DNA of 26,087 nucleotides from Chloroflexota bacterium (GCA_026389675.1 JAPLHJ010000188.1:1-26087), one strand, 5' to 3'; counted from the stretch's first letter, positions 1 to 9,568 are shown. The notes: generated from the sequence alone by a model not told the origin. Numbers and translations are program-made.

Positions 1-240
1 AAGTACCTGGAACGCGACCTCGACGTTCTGCCCGGTGATGCAGCAAAGTATCCTGCAGACCGTGGAAAGCAGCCGGCTCTTCAGCCATTCCGCGATGAAA
101 GCGGTAGGAACAGCGATGGTAAAAACACCTTTAACATAAGCTATTCCCCGCGAATCCTTCAGCCAGGTATCATAATTCGCTTTACTAACCTGGAGTTGCA
201 ACTCACCCAGAGCCGCTTCCCATATCTTATCAGCTTGCAT
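1..240 (-). CDS. dnaA: Chromosomal replication initiator DnaA, N-terminal part (runs off the left edge)
   Basis: Manual translation of the reverse strand from ATG at 240: MQADKIWEAALGELQLQVSKANYDTWLKDSRGIAYVKGVFTIAVPTAFIAEWLKSRLLSTVCRILCCITGQNVEVAFQVL. This matches DnaA domain I (W..vL..L......ydtWl...). No stop before the window edge. Confidence 0.9.
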   Translation of the reverse strand, partial: MQADKIWEAALGELQLQVSKANYDTWLKDSRGIAYVKGVFTIAVPTAFIAEWLKSRLLSTVCRILCCITGQNVEVAFQVL

Positions 241-429
241 TTGCCTCTTATCCGTATTATATTTTGTCGGCGGGTACCGTAAAAAGGGCAAAAACTTCCC
301 CCATAGGAACGAAAAATGCCGACTTTCAGTTTAGGTTGCTTAAAAAAATCGGTTGCTGGGAATGTCTGCCCGGTTTACCGTGGTACCCCTCCCGAAACAT
401 AGATAGATTACCATGGGGGTCTTCAGACC

Positions 430-449
430 TGTCAATGGTTATTTTGACA
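430..449. promoter_or_regulatory. Back-to-back -35-like hexamers (TGTCAA-N8-TTGACA) between divergent dnaA and fmt
   Basis: TGTCAA at 430-435 reads TTGACA on the minus strand (towards dnaA, followed by TGgTAATCT). TTGACA at 444-449 faces fmt. The -10 partners are imperfect. Confidence 0.45.
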
Positions 450-483
450 TAACGGCGAAAAACTTTAGTACCGATAGTATACG

Positions 484-1419
484 ATGATAACCGTATTTAT
501 GGGCTCTCCCGATTTTGCACTGCCGGCCTTGCAGTCACTTATGTCAAACCAGTATGACATAAGGGCTGTTTATACGCAGCCCGACAAACGCACGGGACGG
601 GGCCGGCAGGTTATGGCCTGCCCGGTCAAGCGGTTTGCCGTATCGCAGGGTATGCGGGTCATCCAGCCGGAGTCGTTTAAAGACCCCGCGGAGATCGAGT
701 TGCTGGCCTCGTTGAAGCCGGACATAATCATTGTGGCAGCTTACGGCCGGATATTGCCCGCTGCGGTGCTGGAGATCCCGCGATATAAATGTATCAATAT
801 CCATCCTTCATTGCTGCCGCGTTACCGCGGACCCTCGCCGCTGGCGGCCCCCATACTCAACGGTGACCCGGTCACCGGCGTTACTATTATGCTAATCGAA
901 CGCAAGGTCGACAGCGGTCCCATCCTGAGCCAGGTGGAACTGAGCATTTCAGATGAAGATACGGCTGAATCGCTATCCGAACGGCTGGCTGAAATGGGGG
1001 CCCGGGAGCTGTCCAGGATATTGCCCGCCTGGGTTGAAGGGAAAATCGAACCCAGGCCGCAGGATGACAGCCGTGCCAGCTATACGAGGATGGAGGTAAA
1101 AGAGGACGGCCTGCTTGATTGGAAGCTGCCGGCTGTTGCTCTCTGGCGGCGGGTAAGGGCTTATCAGCCCTGGCCTGGCTGCTATTTTGACTGGAAAGGC
1201 GTCAGAATAAAGGTGATGAAGGCGATTGCTCTGCACGACCCGCAAGGTGGAGAGATGGGCAGAGTAGTCGCGTTACCACGCACGGCCCCTGCCCGCGTAG
1301 CGGTGAGGACGGTGGACGGCCTGCTCGGTCTGATAAGAGTCCAGCCGGAGGGCAAGCGCGAGATGCCGGCGGCCGATTTCAGCGCCGGGCACAGGGACTT
1401 TGACGGCAGCGTGCTTTGA
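484..1419 (+). CDS. fmt: Methionyl-tRNA formyltransferase
   Basis: VFMGSPDFA, VYTQPDKRTGRG, INIHPSLLPRYRGPSP and VDSGPI motifs; 311 aa. Confidence 0.97.
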   Translation: MITVFMGSPDFALPALQSLMSNQYDIRAVYTQPDKRTGRGRQVMACPVKRFAVSQGMRVIQPESFKDPAEIELLASLKPDIIIVAAYGRILPAAVLEIPRYKCINIHPSLLPRYRGPSPLAAPILNGDPVTGVTIMLIERKVDSGPILSQVELSISDEDTAESLSERLAEMGARELSRILPAWVEGKIEPRPQDDSRASYTRMEVKEDGLLDWKLPAVALWRRVRAYQPWPGCYFDWKGVRIKVMKAIALHDPQGGEMGRVVALPRTAPARVAVRTVDGLLGLIRVQPEGKREMPAADFSAGHRDFDGSVL

Positions 1420-1481
1420 CTTGCGACCCTCTTCGAAATAAACTAATAAAGTGCTGATAAGTACTTTGCGGAGCGCTTGAA

Positions 1482-2177
1482 ATGATACTTTACCTTATAT
1501 TAATGGCCCCGGCCCTGATTTTCATGATCTATGCCCAGGTCAAGGTAAAATCTACATACAGCAAGTACGCCAAGGTCTATAATCAGCGGGGCATCACCGG
1601 TGCGCAGGCCGCCTCACAGGTTTTGAAAGCCAACGGTTTGAGCGACGTCCCGGTGGAGATAGTAGAGGGAAAATTAACCGACCATTATGATCCCGGTAAG
1701 CGGGTGCTAAGATTATCCCCCGAGGTTGCCGGCACGCCATCCGTGGCAGCGGTCGGCATAGCCCTGCACGAGGTTGGCCACGCGATGCAGCATAAAACCA
1801 GGTACGGCATGATGGGCCTTCGCTCCTCACTGGTGCCGGCGGCCAATATCGGCAGCACATTCGGCTGGATACTGATAATGGGAGGAGTGCTGCTCATGGG
1901 GTTCGCCCAGGCTTTTGGTGAGATGGTAGCAATCGCGGGCATTTTCCTGTTCTCAGCAGCCGTTTTATTCACGCTGGTGACATTGCCGGTGGAGTTCAAC
2001 GCCAGCAGCCGTGCCAGGCAGATGATCAAGGATACCGGCCTGCTGGTGGGCCAGGAATATGATGGCGCCAGCGCAGTATTGTCCGCCGCCGCCCTGACCT
2101 ATGTGGCAGCCATGCTGCAGGCCGTGGCGCAACTCCTGTACTTCGTTTTCTTAGTATTTGGCGCAAGACGGGATTAG
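1482..2177 (+). CDS. Membrane-bound neutral zinc metallopeptidase (YugP-like / Zn_peptidase_2)
   Basis: LTDHYDP, HEVGH (HExxH) and TLPVEFNASSRA motifs; several hydrophobic segments. Confidence 0.85.
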   Translation: MILYLILMAPALIFMIYAQVKVKSTYSKYAKVYNQRGITGAQAASQVLKANGLSDVPVEIVEGKLTDHYDPGKRVLRLSPEVAGTPSVAAVGIALHEVGHAMQHKTRYGMMGLRSSLVPAANIGSTFGWILIMGGVLLMGFAQAFGEMVAIAGIFLFSAAVLFTLVTLPVEFNASSRARQMIKDTGLLVGQEYDGASAVLSAAALTYVAAMLQAVAQLLYFVFLVFGARRD

Positions 2178-2199
2178 GCCTGCGCAGGTCGAATTTCAG

Positions 2200-2232
2200 G
2201 CCAGCCGCAGACATGCCGGCTGGCTTTCTTTC
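2200..2232 (+). terminator. Rho-independent terminator after the Zn peptidase gene
   Basis: GCCAGCCG (2200-2207) pairs with CGGCTGGC (2217-2224), followed by TTTCTTTC. Confidence 0.65.
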
Positions 2233-2274
2233 ATTTATAATGGTGGCAAATCCTAACTTTGATAACTACAGGGA

Positions 2275-3081
2275 TTGACAGAGATGAACAAAAAGACACC
2301 TGAATTCAGCGACGAAGAACTGGGCGAGTTCGAGACATTCCGCAAGATAATAAAGCGCCTGCGCGGTCCTGGCGGCTGTCCCTGGGACCGCCAGCAGACC
2401 CACGATTCGCTCAAGCCGTACTTGGTCGAGGAATGCTACGAGGTGCTGGAAACTATAGAAGATAACGACATGTCCGCTCTAAGCGAAGAGCTGGGAGACC
2501 TCTGGCTGCAGATAATGCTGCATGCCCGCATAGCCGAAGAATCCGGCGAATTCAAACTCGGGGATATACTGCGTAATATCAGCAGCAAAATGATAAAACG
2601 CCATCCCCACGTGTTCGGGGATACTAAAGTAAAGAACGCGGAGGAAGTCTCGCTTAATTGGGAGGAGATCAAGGGACAGGAAAAGAACGGCTGCGGTTCA
2701 TTATTAGACGGCATACCCAAAGGGCTGCCGTCGCTGGCCTGCAGCCAGGATATCGGGAGGCGCGTTGCCTCGGCGGGGTTCGACTGGGAGAAAGCGGATG
2801 ATATCATGGACAAGCTGGTCGAGGAGGTGGGGGAATTGAAGAGGGCCTCCACGCATGAAGAGAAGGTGCATGAATTCGGCGATATACTGTTGGTGCTGGC
2901 CAACGCCGCCCGCCACATGGATATCGAGCTTGAATCGGCTTTACGCCAGGCCAACGCGCGCTTCATCCGCCGCTTCCGTTACATTGAGGATGCCAGCCGG
3001 CAGAAAGGCATGGAAATCAAGTTGATGACGCTGGCCGAGATGGACCAACTCTGGGACGAGGCCAAAAAGGAATTAGGTTAG
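2275..3081 (+). CDS. mazG: Nucleoside triphosphate pyrophosphohydrolase MazG (tandem MazG domains); start may be ATG 2284
   Basis: LRGPGGCPWDRQQTH, EECYE, EELGDL, KMIKRHPHVFG, and second-domain EEVGE...EFGDIL motifs. Confidence 0.92.
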   Translation: MTEMNKKTPEFSDEELGEFETFRKIIKRLRGPGGCPWDRQQTHDSLKPYLVEECYEVLETIEDNDMSALSEELGDLWLQIMLHARIAEESGEFKLGDILRNISSKMIKRHPHVFGDTKVKNAEEVSLNWEEIKGQEKNGCGSLLDGIPKGLPSLACSQDIGRRVASAGFDWEKADDIMDKLVEEVGELKRASTHEEKVHEFGDILLVLANAARHMDIELESALRQANARFIRRFRYIEDASRQKGMEIKLMTLAEMDQLWDEAKKELG

Positions 3082-3090
3082 GAAACGGAT

Positions 3091-3167
3091 TGGTCGGGGA
3101 GAGAGGACTCGAACCTCCGGCCTCAGCGTCCCGAACGCTGCGCGCTAACCAACTGCGCTACTCCCCG
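3091..3167 (-). tRNA. tRNA-Pro (anticodon CGG), CCA encoded
   Basis: Reverse complement CGGGGAGTAGCGCAGTTGGTTAGCGCGCAGCGTTCGGGACGCTGAGGCCGGAGGTTCGAGTCCTCTCTCCCCGACCA: 77 nt cloverleaf, anticodon stem CAGCG/CGCTG with loop TT-CGG-GA, T-loop GTTCGAG. Confidence 0.97.
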
Positions 3168-3179
3168 CACGGGATAGTT

Positions 3180-3208
3180 ATTATAGTCGGCTTTAACTTT
3201 TAGGGCAA
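3180..3208 (-). promoter_or_regulatory. Sigma70-type promoter for tRNA-Pro
   Basis: Minus strand TTGCCC (3208-3203), 17-nt spacer, TATAAT (3185-3180), 12 nt upstream of the tRNA 5' end. Confidence 0.7.
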
Positions 3209-3228
3209 CAATTGTAAACTTACTGGCT

Positions 3229-4416
3229 ATGAAATTTTGCGTGGTGATAGCGGACGGCGCCTCCGGCTGGCCGCTTCCCGACCGGGATAACAGGACCTGC
3301 CTGGAACTGGCCGCCACACCTAATCTGGACAGGATGGCAGGGCAGGGCTACGAGGGTATGGCTGTTACCGTTCCTCCCGGTATGGAGCCCGGCAGCGCCC
3401 CGGCCTGCATGTCGGTGCTCGGCTATGACCCGGTTGTATATTATAAAGGTAGGAGCGCTATTGAAGCGCGGAGCGTGGGAGTCCCCATAAATAAAGGTGA
3501 AGTGACCTTCCGCTGCAACCTGGTGACTGTGCTGGAGGGCAAAATGGTCAGCCACAGCGCCGGCCATATATCGACCCTGGAGGCGGACGCCATCATCGGG
3601 ACCTTGAATGAAGAACTCGGCTCGCAGGAGGTCAGGTTTTTCACCGGCATCAGCTACCGCCATATCTGCAAAATGGCGGGACATGAGGAAACACTAAAGG
3701 CCATTTGCACGCCGCCACATGATATTACCGACCAGCCTGTAGCGGGATACCTGCCGCACGGCGAAGGCAGCGGTTTTCTCAGGGAGCTGATGAAAAAGTC
3801 TGTGCCGTTGCTGGCCAACCACCCTGTCAATATAGAAAGGAAAAAGGCCGGCAGGTTACCTGTCACAACCATCTGGTTATTCTGGGCCAGCGGCCAGGTG
3901 CCGGAGACGCCCGCTTTTCAGCAGGCCTTCGGATTGAAAGCGGCGCTTACCTCGGGGGTAGATTTATTGCGTGGCCTGGGCATGATGGCAGGTATGGAGA
4001 TACTCCACATAGAGGGTGTGACCGACAACCTGGATAACGATTTCGCTGCGCAGGTGAGCGGGGCGCTGGACTCGCTGGATCGAAATGACGTCGCGGTTAT
4101 ACATATCGAGGCACCCGACGAGATGGGGCACCGCGGCGCCGCTGACGATAAGATTAAGGCCATCGAGATGGTCGATAAAGAGGTCATGGGCAGGCTGATG
4201 GCCTGGAAAGGCGGGGATCTCAGGGTGCTGGTGATGCCTGACCATCCCACACCGGTCAAGCTCAAGACGCACTGTGCCGAACCCGTCCCCTTTCTCATCT
4301 GGGGCAGAGGGATAAAGGCCAATGGGGCAGTCCGCTTTACCGAGCCGGAGGCGGGCAGGACCGGGGTCATGGTCGAGCCCGGGTACAGGCTCATGAAAAT
4401 TTTTCTTGAAGGTTAA
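3229..4416 (+). CDS. apgM: Cofactor-independent phosphoglycerate mutase-like protein (ApgM/alkaline-phosphatase superfamily; proposed homoserine-kinase subfamily)
   Basis: VIADG, TPNLDRMA, PGS..A..SVLGYDP, FRCNLVT, TPPHDI, HIEAPDEMGH and PDHPTP metal-binding motifs. Immediately upstream of aspartate kinase. Confidence 0.85.
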   Translation: MKFCVVIADGASGWPLPDRDNRTCLELAATPNLDRMAGQGYEGMAVTVPPGMEPGSAPACMSVLGYDPVVYYKGRSAIEARSVGVPINKGEVTFRCNLVTVLEGKMVSHSAGHISTLEADAIIGTLNEELGSQEVRFFTGISYRHICKMAGHEETLKAICTPPHDITDQPVAGYLPHGEGSGFLRELMKKSVPLLANHPVNIERKKAGRLPVTTIWLFWASGQVPETPAFQQAFGLKAALTSGVDLLRGLGMMAGMEILHIEGVTDNLDNDFAAQVSGALDSLDRNDVAVIHIEAPDEMGHRGAADDKIKAIEMVDKEVMGRLMAWKGGDLRVLVMPDHPTPVKLKTHCAEPVPFLIWGRGIKANGAVRFTEPEAGRTGVMVEPGYRLMKIFLEG

Positions 4417-4441
4417 ATATAATGAACAGGCGGCGACAGAT

Positions 4442-5659
4442 ATGGCGATAGTAGTACAGAAATACGGCGGCAGTTCAGTAGCCAACGCCGATAAGATCCG
4501 TAATGTGGCAACCAGGGTTTCAGAAAGCTTTAAAAAGGGCAATAAAGTTGTTGTGGTCGTTTCGGCTATGGGTGATACCACCGACGACCTGATAGAGTTA
4601 GCGGGAAAGATAAACCCCAACCCCGAGCCGCGCGAGATGGACCTCCTGCTATCGACGGGGGAGATAGTGTCCAGCACCCTCCTGTCCATGGCGCTGCATG
4701 CTATGGGCTTCCGGGCTATAGCTTTAAGCGGCCCCCAGGCCGGCATTTCAACCGATTCGGCCTTCAGCCGCGCCAGGATTACCGGCATCGAGCCCAAGAG
4801 GATAGTCAACGAGCTGAAAAAGGGTAACATTGTTATCGTGGCAGGCTTCCAGGGGCTGACCTCCGATAACGATATTGCCACACTTGGCAGGGGCGGGTCC
4901 GATACCACGGCCGTGGCCCTGGCGGCCAGCCTTAAGGCTAAAATCTGCGAGATTTATACCGATGTAGATGGTGTTTACACTGCCGACCCGCGCATTGTGC
5001 CAGAGGCGCAAAAGCTCAACGAGATAGGCTACGAAGAGATGCTGGAAATGGCCACCTCCGGCGCGCGGGTTATGCACCACCGCTCGGTAGAGTTAGGGCA
5101 GGTCTTCAAAATGCCTATATTGGTTGCGTCCAGCCTGGCTGATAGGCCCGGCACTATGATTCGCGGAGGGAAGAATATGGAACAGAGAAATAAAGTCAGG
5201 GGCATCGCCCATGATATGGATGTAGCCAAGATTACCGTCACCGGCGTACCGGACCGTCCCGGTATCGCGGCTGCGATTTTCATGCCGCTGGCTAAAGCCG
5301 GTATTAGCGTTGATACCATCGTGCAGAACGCCGGCGCTAACAATATCACCGACCTCACCTTCACCGTTACCAAGAATGACCTTAACAGGGCCATGGATAT
5401 TATCAGGCCGGTAGCCACTGAGATAGGCGCCAAAGAATGCCTGAGCGATTCCAGGCTGGGCAAGGTATCCATCATCGGGACCGGGATGCAGAATACCCCG
5501 GGTTACGCGGCCAAGATGTTCCAGACCCTGTTTACGCAGAACATCAACATCCTGCTGATTACTACGTCAGAGATACGCATCACCTGCATAATCGCGGAGG
5601 ACAAGGTCAAAGAAGCGGTCAGGACCCTGCATAAGGCCTTTGACCTGGACAAAGATTAA
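4442..5659 (+). CDS. lysC: Monofunctional aspartate kinase with two ACT domains
   Basis: IVVQKYGGSSV, VVVVSAMGDTTD, VAGFQG, TLGRGGSDTTAVALA and IYTDVDGVYTADPR motifs, C-terminal ACT pair. Start placed at ATG 4442 rather than TTG 4406. Confidence 0.95.
   Translation: MAIVVQKYGGSSVANADKIRNVATRVSESFKKGNKVVVVVSAMGDTTDDLIELAGKINPNPEPREMDLLLSTGEIVSSTLLSMALHAMGFRAIALSGPQAGISTDSAFSRARITGIEPKRIVNELKKGNIVIVAGFQGLTSDNDIATLGRGGSDTTAVALAASLKAKICEIYTDVDGVYTADPRIVPEAQKLNEIGYEEMLEMATSGARVMHHRSVELGQVFKMPILVASSLADRPGTMIRGGKNMEQRNKVRGIAHDMDVAKITVTGVPDRPGIAAAIFMPLAKAGISVDTIVQNAGANNITDLTFTVTKNDLNRAMDIIRPVATEIGAKECLSDSRLGKVSIIGTGMQNTPGYAAKMFQTLFTQNINILLITTSEIRITCIIAEDKVKEAVRTLHKAFDLDKD
5177..5659 (+). CDS. Putative in-frame aspartate kinase beta subunit (ACT-only, 160 aa)
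   Basis: GGAGG at 5165-5169 lies 7 nt before an in-frame ATG at 5177 (MEQRNKVRGIAHD), at the kinase/ACT boundary. Confidence 0.55.
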   Translation: MEQRNKVRGIAHDMDVAKITVTGVPDRPGIAAAIFMPLAKAGISVDTIVQNAGANNITDLTFTVTKNDLNRAMDIIRPVATEIGAKECLSDSRLGKVSIIGTGMQNTPGYAAKMFQTLFTQNINILLITTSEIRITCIIAEDKVKEAVRTLHKAFDLDKD

Positions 5660-5669
5660 AGCCCCTTAC

Positions 5670-5888
5670 CTATACGCCGACGACTTCTTTGACGGCCGGT
5701 AGCTTTTCCTTAAGGAAGCGCTCGATACCTTTTTTCAGTGTCATGGTCGAATGTGGGCACCCGGCGCAGTGACCCGTCAGTTTTACGCTGACCACGCCGT
5801 CTTTAACGTCCACGAGCTCTACGTCGCCGCCGTCGGCCTGCAGGCTGGGGCGGATGATATTTAAGACTTCCTGAACCTGTTCTTTCAT
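5670..5888 (-). CDS. NifU-like (Nfu domain) Fe-S cluster carrier
   Basis: [15 protein letters not shown]...[14 protein letters not shown] (CxxC). ATG at 5888 preceded by AAGAAGGTG. Confidence 0.88.
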   Translation of the reverse strand: MKEQVQEVLNIIRPSLQADGGDVELVDVKDGVVSVKLTGHCAGCPHSTMTLKKGIERFLKEKLPAVKEVVGV

Positions 5889-6140
5889 CAAAACACCTTC
5901 TTGTTGACTTAATTTAAGTTACGTGGTAATTTAGCACCGCTTAAAAAGCCCTGTCAAATCACCGTCACCTGTTTGGGAGTCTATCAGTTTCAGGGAGGTA
6001 AATAAACGACTAAAATCACACAGGCTATGCTGATAAGGGAAATGAGGGCGACAGATTTGTCTTTGCGGACGATTTGGTATTAAATAAAATACTTGCACAA
6101 ATGATATTAATTGTTATGATAGTAACAGAGGTTAAGCAGG

Positions 6141-6980
6141 ATGGCTGAGCGCGAAGAAGAGAAAGCGCGTATTTGGCGCGGCAAGATACTGGAAGCCATC
6201 AGGATGGCCACGGAGAACCGCTGGGAAGAGGCAGTGGCGGCCAACAAGAGTATAATAGAAGTGTTCCCCGCAGATGTGGACGCGTACAACAGGTTGGGCC
6301 GTGCCCACATGGAACTGGGAGAACATCAAAAAGCAAAAGAAGCTTATAGCAAAGCCCTTGAGTTGTCGCCCAGCAACAGCATAGCCAGGAAAAACCTGGA
6401 CCGGCTGGCCCTGCTAAAAGGCGTCAAAGTCACCAATACGAAGCGGGAAAAGGCCAAGCCCAGTGATTTCATTGCCGACGTGGGCAAATACGGCATTGTA
6501 AACCTGCTGGAGCTGGCGCCCCAGGCTACACTGGTCAAGATGTCCCCCGGTGAGAAAGTGTTCCTCGATATCCGGAACCAGGATACGTTGGTGAAGAACG
6601 ACCGCGGCGAATTCCTGGGAATAATCGAGCCTGAGCACGGCCTCCGGCTGGCCAAGCTGATCAATGGAGGCAACAGGTATATTGCAGCAATCGTAAGCCT
6701 GGACCATGAAAAAGTTAAGGTGATCATACGTGAGACCTTCCAGCACCCCAGCCAGGCTGGCAAGCTCTCGTTCCCCATCCGGGTAACAGAAACCTACCCC
6801 GCGCATGTCAAGGACAACCTGCTCAGGCACAGCGCCGGCGAAGAGGAAGGCGTGGACGACGCCGACTATGGTGAGTCGGAGGACACCGAAGCGGTGCCCG
6901 AAGGATTTTCGATTTACGAAGGATACACATCTCAGGATGACCTGCAGCGCCTTGACCGCAGCTTCGGAGATGAGGAGTAG
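6141..6980 (+). CDS. TPR-repeat protein with a central beta-rich (possibly HIRAN-like) domain and acidic C-terminal tail
   Basis: N-terminal TPR helices (WEEAVAAN...[30 protein letters not shown]). D/E-rich tail. Only 2 nt separate it from gyrA. Confidence 0.8.
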   Translation: MAEREEEKARIWRGKILEAIRMATENRWEEAVAANKSIIEVFPADVDAYNRLGRAHMELGEHQKAKEAYSKALELSPSNSIARKNLDRLALLKGVKVTNTKREKAKPSDFIADVGKYGIVNLLELAPQATLVKMSPGEKVFLDIRNQDTLVKNDRGEFLGIIEPEHGLRLAKLINGGNRYIAAIVSLDHEKVKVIIRETFQHPSQAGKLSFPIRVTETYPAHVKDNLLRHSAGEEEGVDDADYGESEDTEAVPEGFSIYEGYTSQDDLQRLDRSFGDEE

Positions 6981-6982
6981 AT

Positions 6983-9559
6983 ATGGAATTAGGACTTTCG
7001 ATAAGGCCCGTTGGCATAGAAGAGGAGATGAAGCGTTCCTACCTCGATTATGCCATGAGCGTCATTGTTTCACGGGCCCTGCCTGACGTGCGCGACGGGC
7101 TCAAGCCTGTGCACCGGCGCATCCTTTTTGCCATGCAGGACATGGGCATGCGCTACAACTCGCCCTATAAAAAGAGCGCCCGCATAGTCGGCGAAGTGCT
7201 TGGCAAATACCACCCTCACGGCGACTCCTCCGTTTACGATGCCATGGTCAGGATGGCTCAGGATTTCTCCATGCGCTACCGGCTGGTGGATGGCCAGGGA
7301 AACTTCGGCAGCGTAGATGATGATCCGCCGGCGGCCATGCGTTATACCGAGGCGCGCTTAGCCAGGATAGCCGATGAACTGCTGCTGGACATCGATAAGG
7401 ATACAGTTGATTTCGTACCCAACTTTGACGAGAGCCTCAAGGAGCCCTCCGTATTGCCTGCCAGGCTGCCCAACCTGCTCATCAACGGCTCGTCCGGCAT
7501 CGCGGTCGGTATGGCCACCAACATACCGCCACACAACCTCACCGAGGTTTGCGATGCCCTGCATTTCCTGATTGAGAATCCCGCGGCCTCGGTTGATGAG
7601 CTGATGGGCTTTGTCAAAGGCCCCGATTTCCCCACAGCCGGCATCATCTGCGGCGTGGAAGGCATCAAGAACGCCTATGCTGCCGGCCAGGGCAAAGTAG
7701 TGCTGCGCGCCCGCGTGGTTGAAGAATCCACCAAAGGCGGCAAGATGCAGCTCGTGGTTACCGAGCTTCCCTATCAGACCAACAAAGCCGACCTGGTCAA
7801 AAAGATAGCTGAATTAGCCAGGGACAAGAAGATAGAGGGCATCAGCGATGTCCGCGACGAATCCGACCGGCAGGGCATGCGGTTAGTCATCGGGCTGCGC
7901 AAGGATGCCCACCCCGCCAAGGTGCAGAACAACCTCTTCAAATTCACCTCCATGCAGACCGCCTTCTTCATCAACATGATCGCCCTGGTGGACGGCCAGC
8001 CGCGCGTGATCAATCTCAAGGAAGCATTGCAGTGCCACATTACTTTCCGCACCGAGGTTATCACCCGCCGCACCAAGTTCGACCTTCAGAAAGCCAAGGA
8101 GAGGGCCCATATATTAGAGGGATTCAAGATAGCGCTCGACCACCTGGATGCCGTTATCAAGACTATCCGCGGATCGGAGACCGCCGAATCCGCGCGCGGC
8201 AACCTGATGACCGAATTCTCACTCAGCCAGATGCAGGCCCAGGCTATCCTCGATATGCAACTGCGCAGGCTGGCAAATCTCGAGCGCAAGAAGATTTTAG
8301 ACGAGTACCATGACATTTTGAAGACCATCAGCCATCTCGAGGACTTGCTGGCCAACCCCGGGAAGATACTCAAGCTCATCCAGCAGGACGTGGCGGACCT
8401 CAAGGCCAAACACGGCGACAACCGCCGCACCGTAATCACCCACGATGAGGCTGGCCAGTTCCAGGTGGAGGACCTTATACCCCATATGGACGTCATTGTA
8501 ACGCTCAGTGAGCAGGGCTATATCAAGCGCATCCCCGCCGATGTCTTCCGCAAGCAGTTGCGCGGGGGCCGTGGTGTAAAGGGCATGGTCACCCGCGACA
8601 GCGACGATGTGATGAGCTCCATGACCGCCGACACGCATGACAACCTGCTGTTCTTCACCAACCGCGGCCGCGTCTTCAAGATGAAATGCCATGAGATACC
8701 GCAGGATATAGCCCGCACGACCAAGGGCATAAATATCATAAACTTGATCCCCATCGAGGCCAGGGAGAAGGTCACAGCCATGTTCGTGCCGGAGAAGACC
8801 GAACCCGGCTTTTTCATGCTGCTGGCCACTTCCAAGGGCATTGTTAAAAAGACCAGCCTGGACAACTTCTTCGATGTCCGCCGCAGCGGGCTCATCGCTA
8901 TGAAGCTCAGGCCCGAGGAGGAGCTTATCGGCGTGGATGTGGTCAGTGAGGCGGATCAGCTCATGCTGGTCAGCCGCAACGGCCAGGCCGTCAAATTCGC
9001 CATCGCCCCATTGCGCAACGCCTCCCGCACCAGCGGCGGCGTGCGGGGTATCAATCTCAATAAAGGCGACATCGTCGTCAGCATGGGCACGGTGCAGCCC
9101 GCCGCAGACCTAATCACCGTAACCGAAAATGGTTACGGCAAAAAGACCAAAGTAGAAAAATTCCCGCTGCACGGCCGTGGAGGCAAGGGCGTGCTCGCCC
9201 ACAAGGTCAATAACAAGACCGGCAAAGTCATCGCCGCCAAGTTCGTCCCGCCCGGCTACGAGCTTTTCATTACCACCGCCAACGGGGTACAGCTCAGGAT
9301 AAATGTTGACGTGGCGAGGGAAACCACGGTAGCGATTGAAGGCGGGAGGAAAAAGAGGCGCGAAGGCGTGCCCGTTAAGGGCAGGATAACCCAGGGCGTG
9401 ATGCTATCCCGGCTTGATGAAGGCGACCGCGTCGTATCCATCGCGCTGGTGGAGAAGGAGAACCTCGAGGAGCAAGCCGCCCGGGAGACCCGTTCCGTAG
9501 CCGTTTCCCCGCCCAAGCCTATGGTGCCCGGGCAGCATGAATTGCCCTTCGCCTCATAA
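6983..9559 (+). CDS. gyrA: DNA gyrase subunit A
   Basis: [22 protein letters not shown], catalytic AAMRYTE, GyrA-box-like QLRGGRG, beta-pinwheel repeats; 858 aa. Confidence 0.97.
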   Translation: MELGLSIRPVGIEEEMKRSYLDYAMSVIVSRALPDVRDGLKPVHRRILFAMQDMGMRYNSPYKKSARIVGEVLGKYHPHGDSSVYDAMVRMAQDFSMRYRLVDGQGNFGSVDDDPPAAMRYTEARLARIADELLLDIDKDTVDFVPNFDESLKEPSVLPARLPNLLINGSSGIAVGMATNIPPHNLTEVCDALHFLIENPAASVDELMGFVKGPDFPTAGIICGVEGIKNAYAAGQGKVVLRARVVEESTKGGKMQLVVTELPYQTNKADLVKKIAELARDKKIEGISDVRDESDRQGMRLVIGLRKDAHPAKVQNNLFKFTSMQTAFFINMIALVDGQPRVINLKEALQCHITFRTEVITRRTKFDLQKAKERAHILEGFKIALDHLDAVIKTIRGSETAESARGNLMTEFSLSQMQAQAILDMQLRRLANLERKKILDEYHDILKTISHLEDLLANPGKILKLIQQDVADLKAKHGDNRRTVITHDEAGQFQVEDLIPHMDVIVTLSEQGYIKRIPADVFRKQLRGGRGVKGMVTRDSDDVMSSMTADTHDNLLFFTNRGRVFKMKCHEIPQDIARTTKGINIINLIPIEAREKVTAMFVPEKTEPGFFMLLATSKGIVKKTSLDNFFDVRRSGLIAMKLRPEEELIGVDVVSEADQLMLVSRNGQAVKFAIAPLRNASRTSGGVRGINLNKGDIVVSMGTVQPAADLITVTENGYGKKTKVEKFPLHGRGGKGVLAHKVNNKTGKVIAAKFVPPGYELFITTANGVQLRINVDVARETTVAIEGGRKKRREGVPVKGRITQGVMLSRLDEGDRVVSIALVEKENLEEQAARETRSVAVSPPKPMVPGQHELPFAS

Positions 9560-9568
9560 GTGCCCGAT

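Noticed and set aside
264-452. 62-aa ORF in the dnaA-fmt spacer
   Set aside because: No motif or RBS, and it overlaps the likely divergent promoters; probably spurious.
3091-3167. tRNA-Pro as an integration site
   Set aside because: No duplicated tRNA 3' end and no integrase in the window; mazG ends 10 nt from the tRNA.
4406-4441. Upstream TTG start for lysC
   Set aside because: It overlaps the previous gene, and family homology begins at MAIVVQKYGG (4442).
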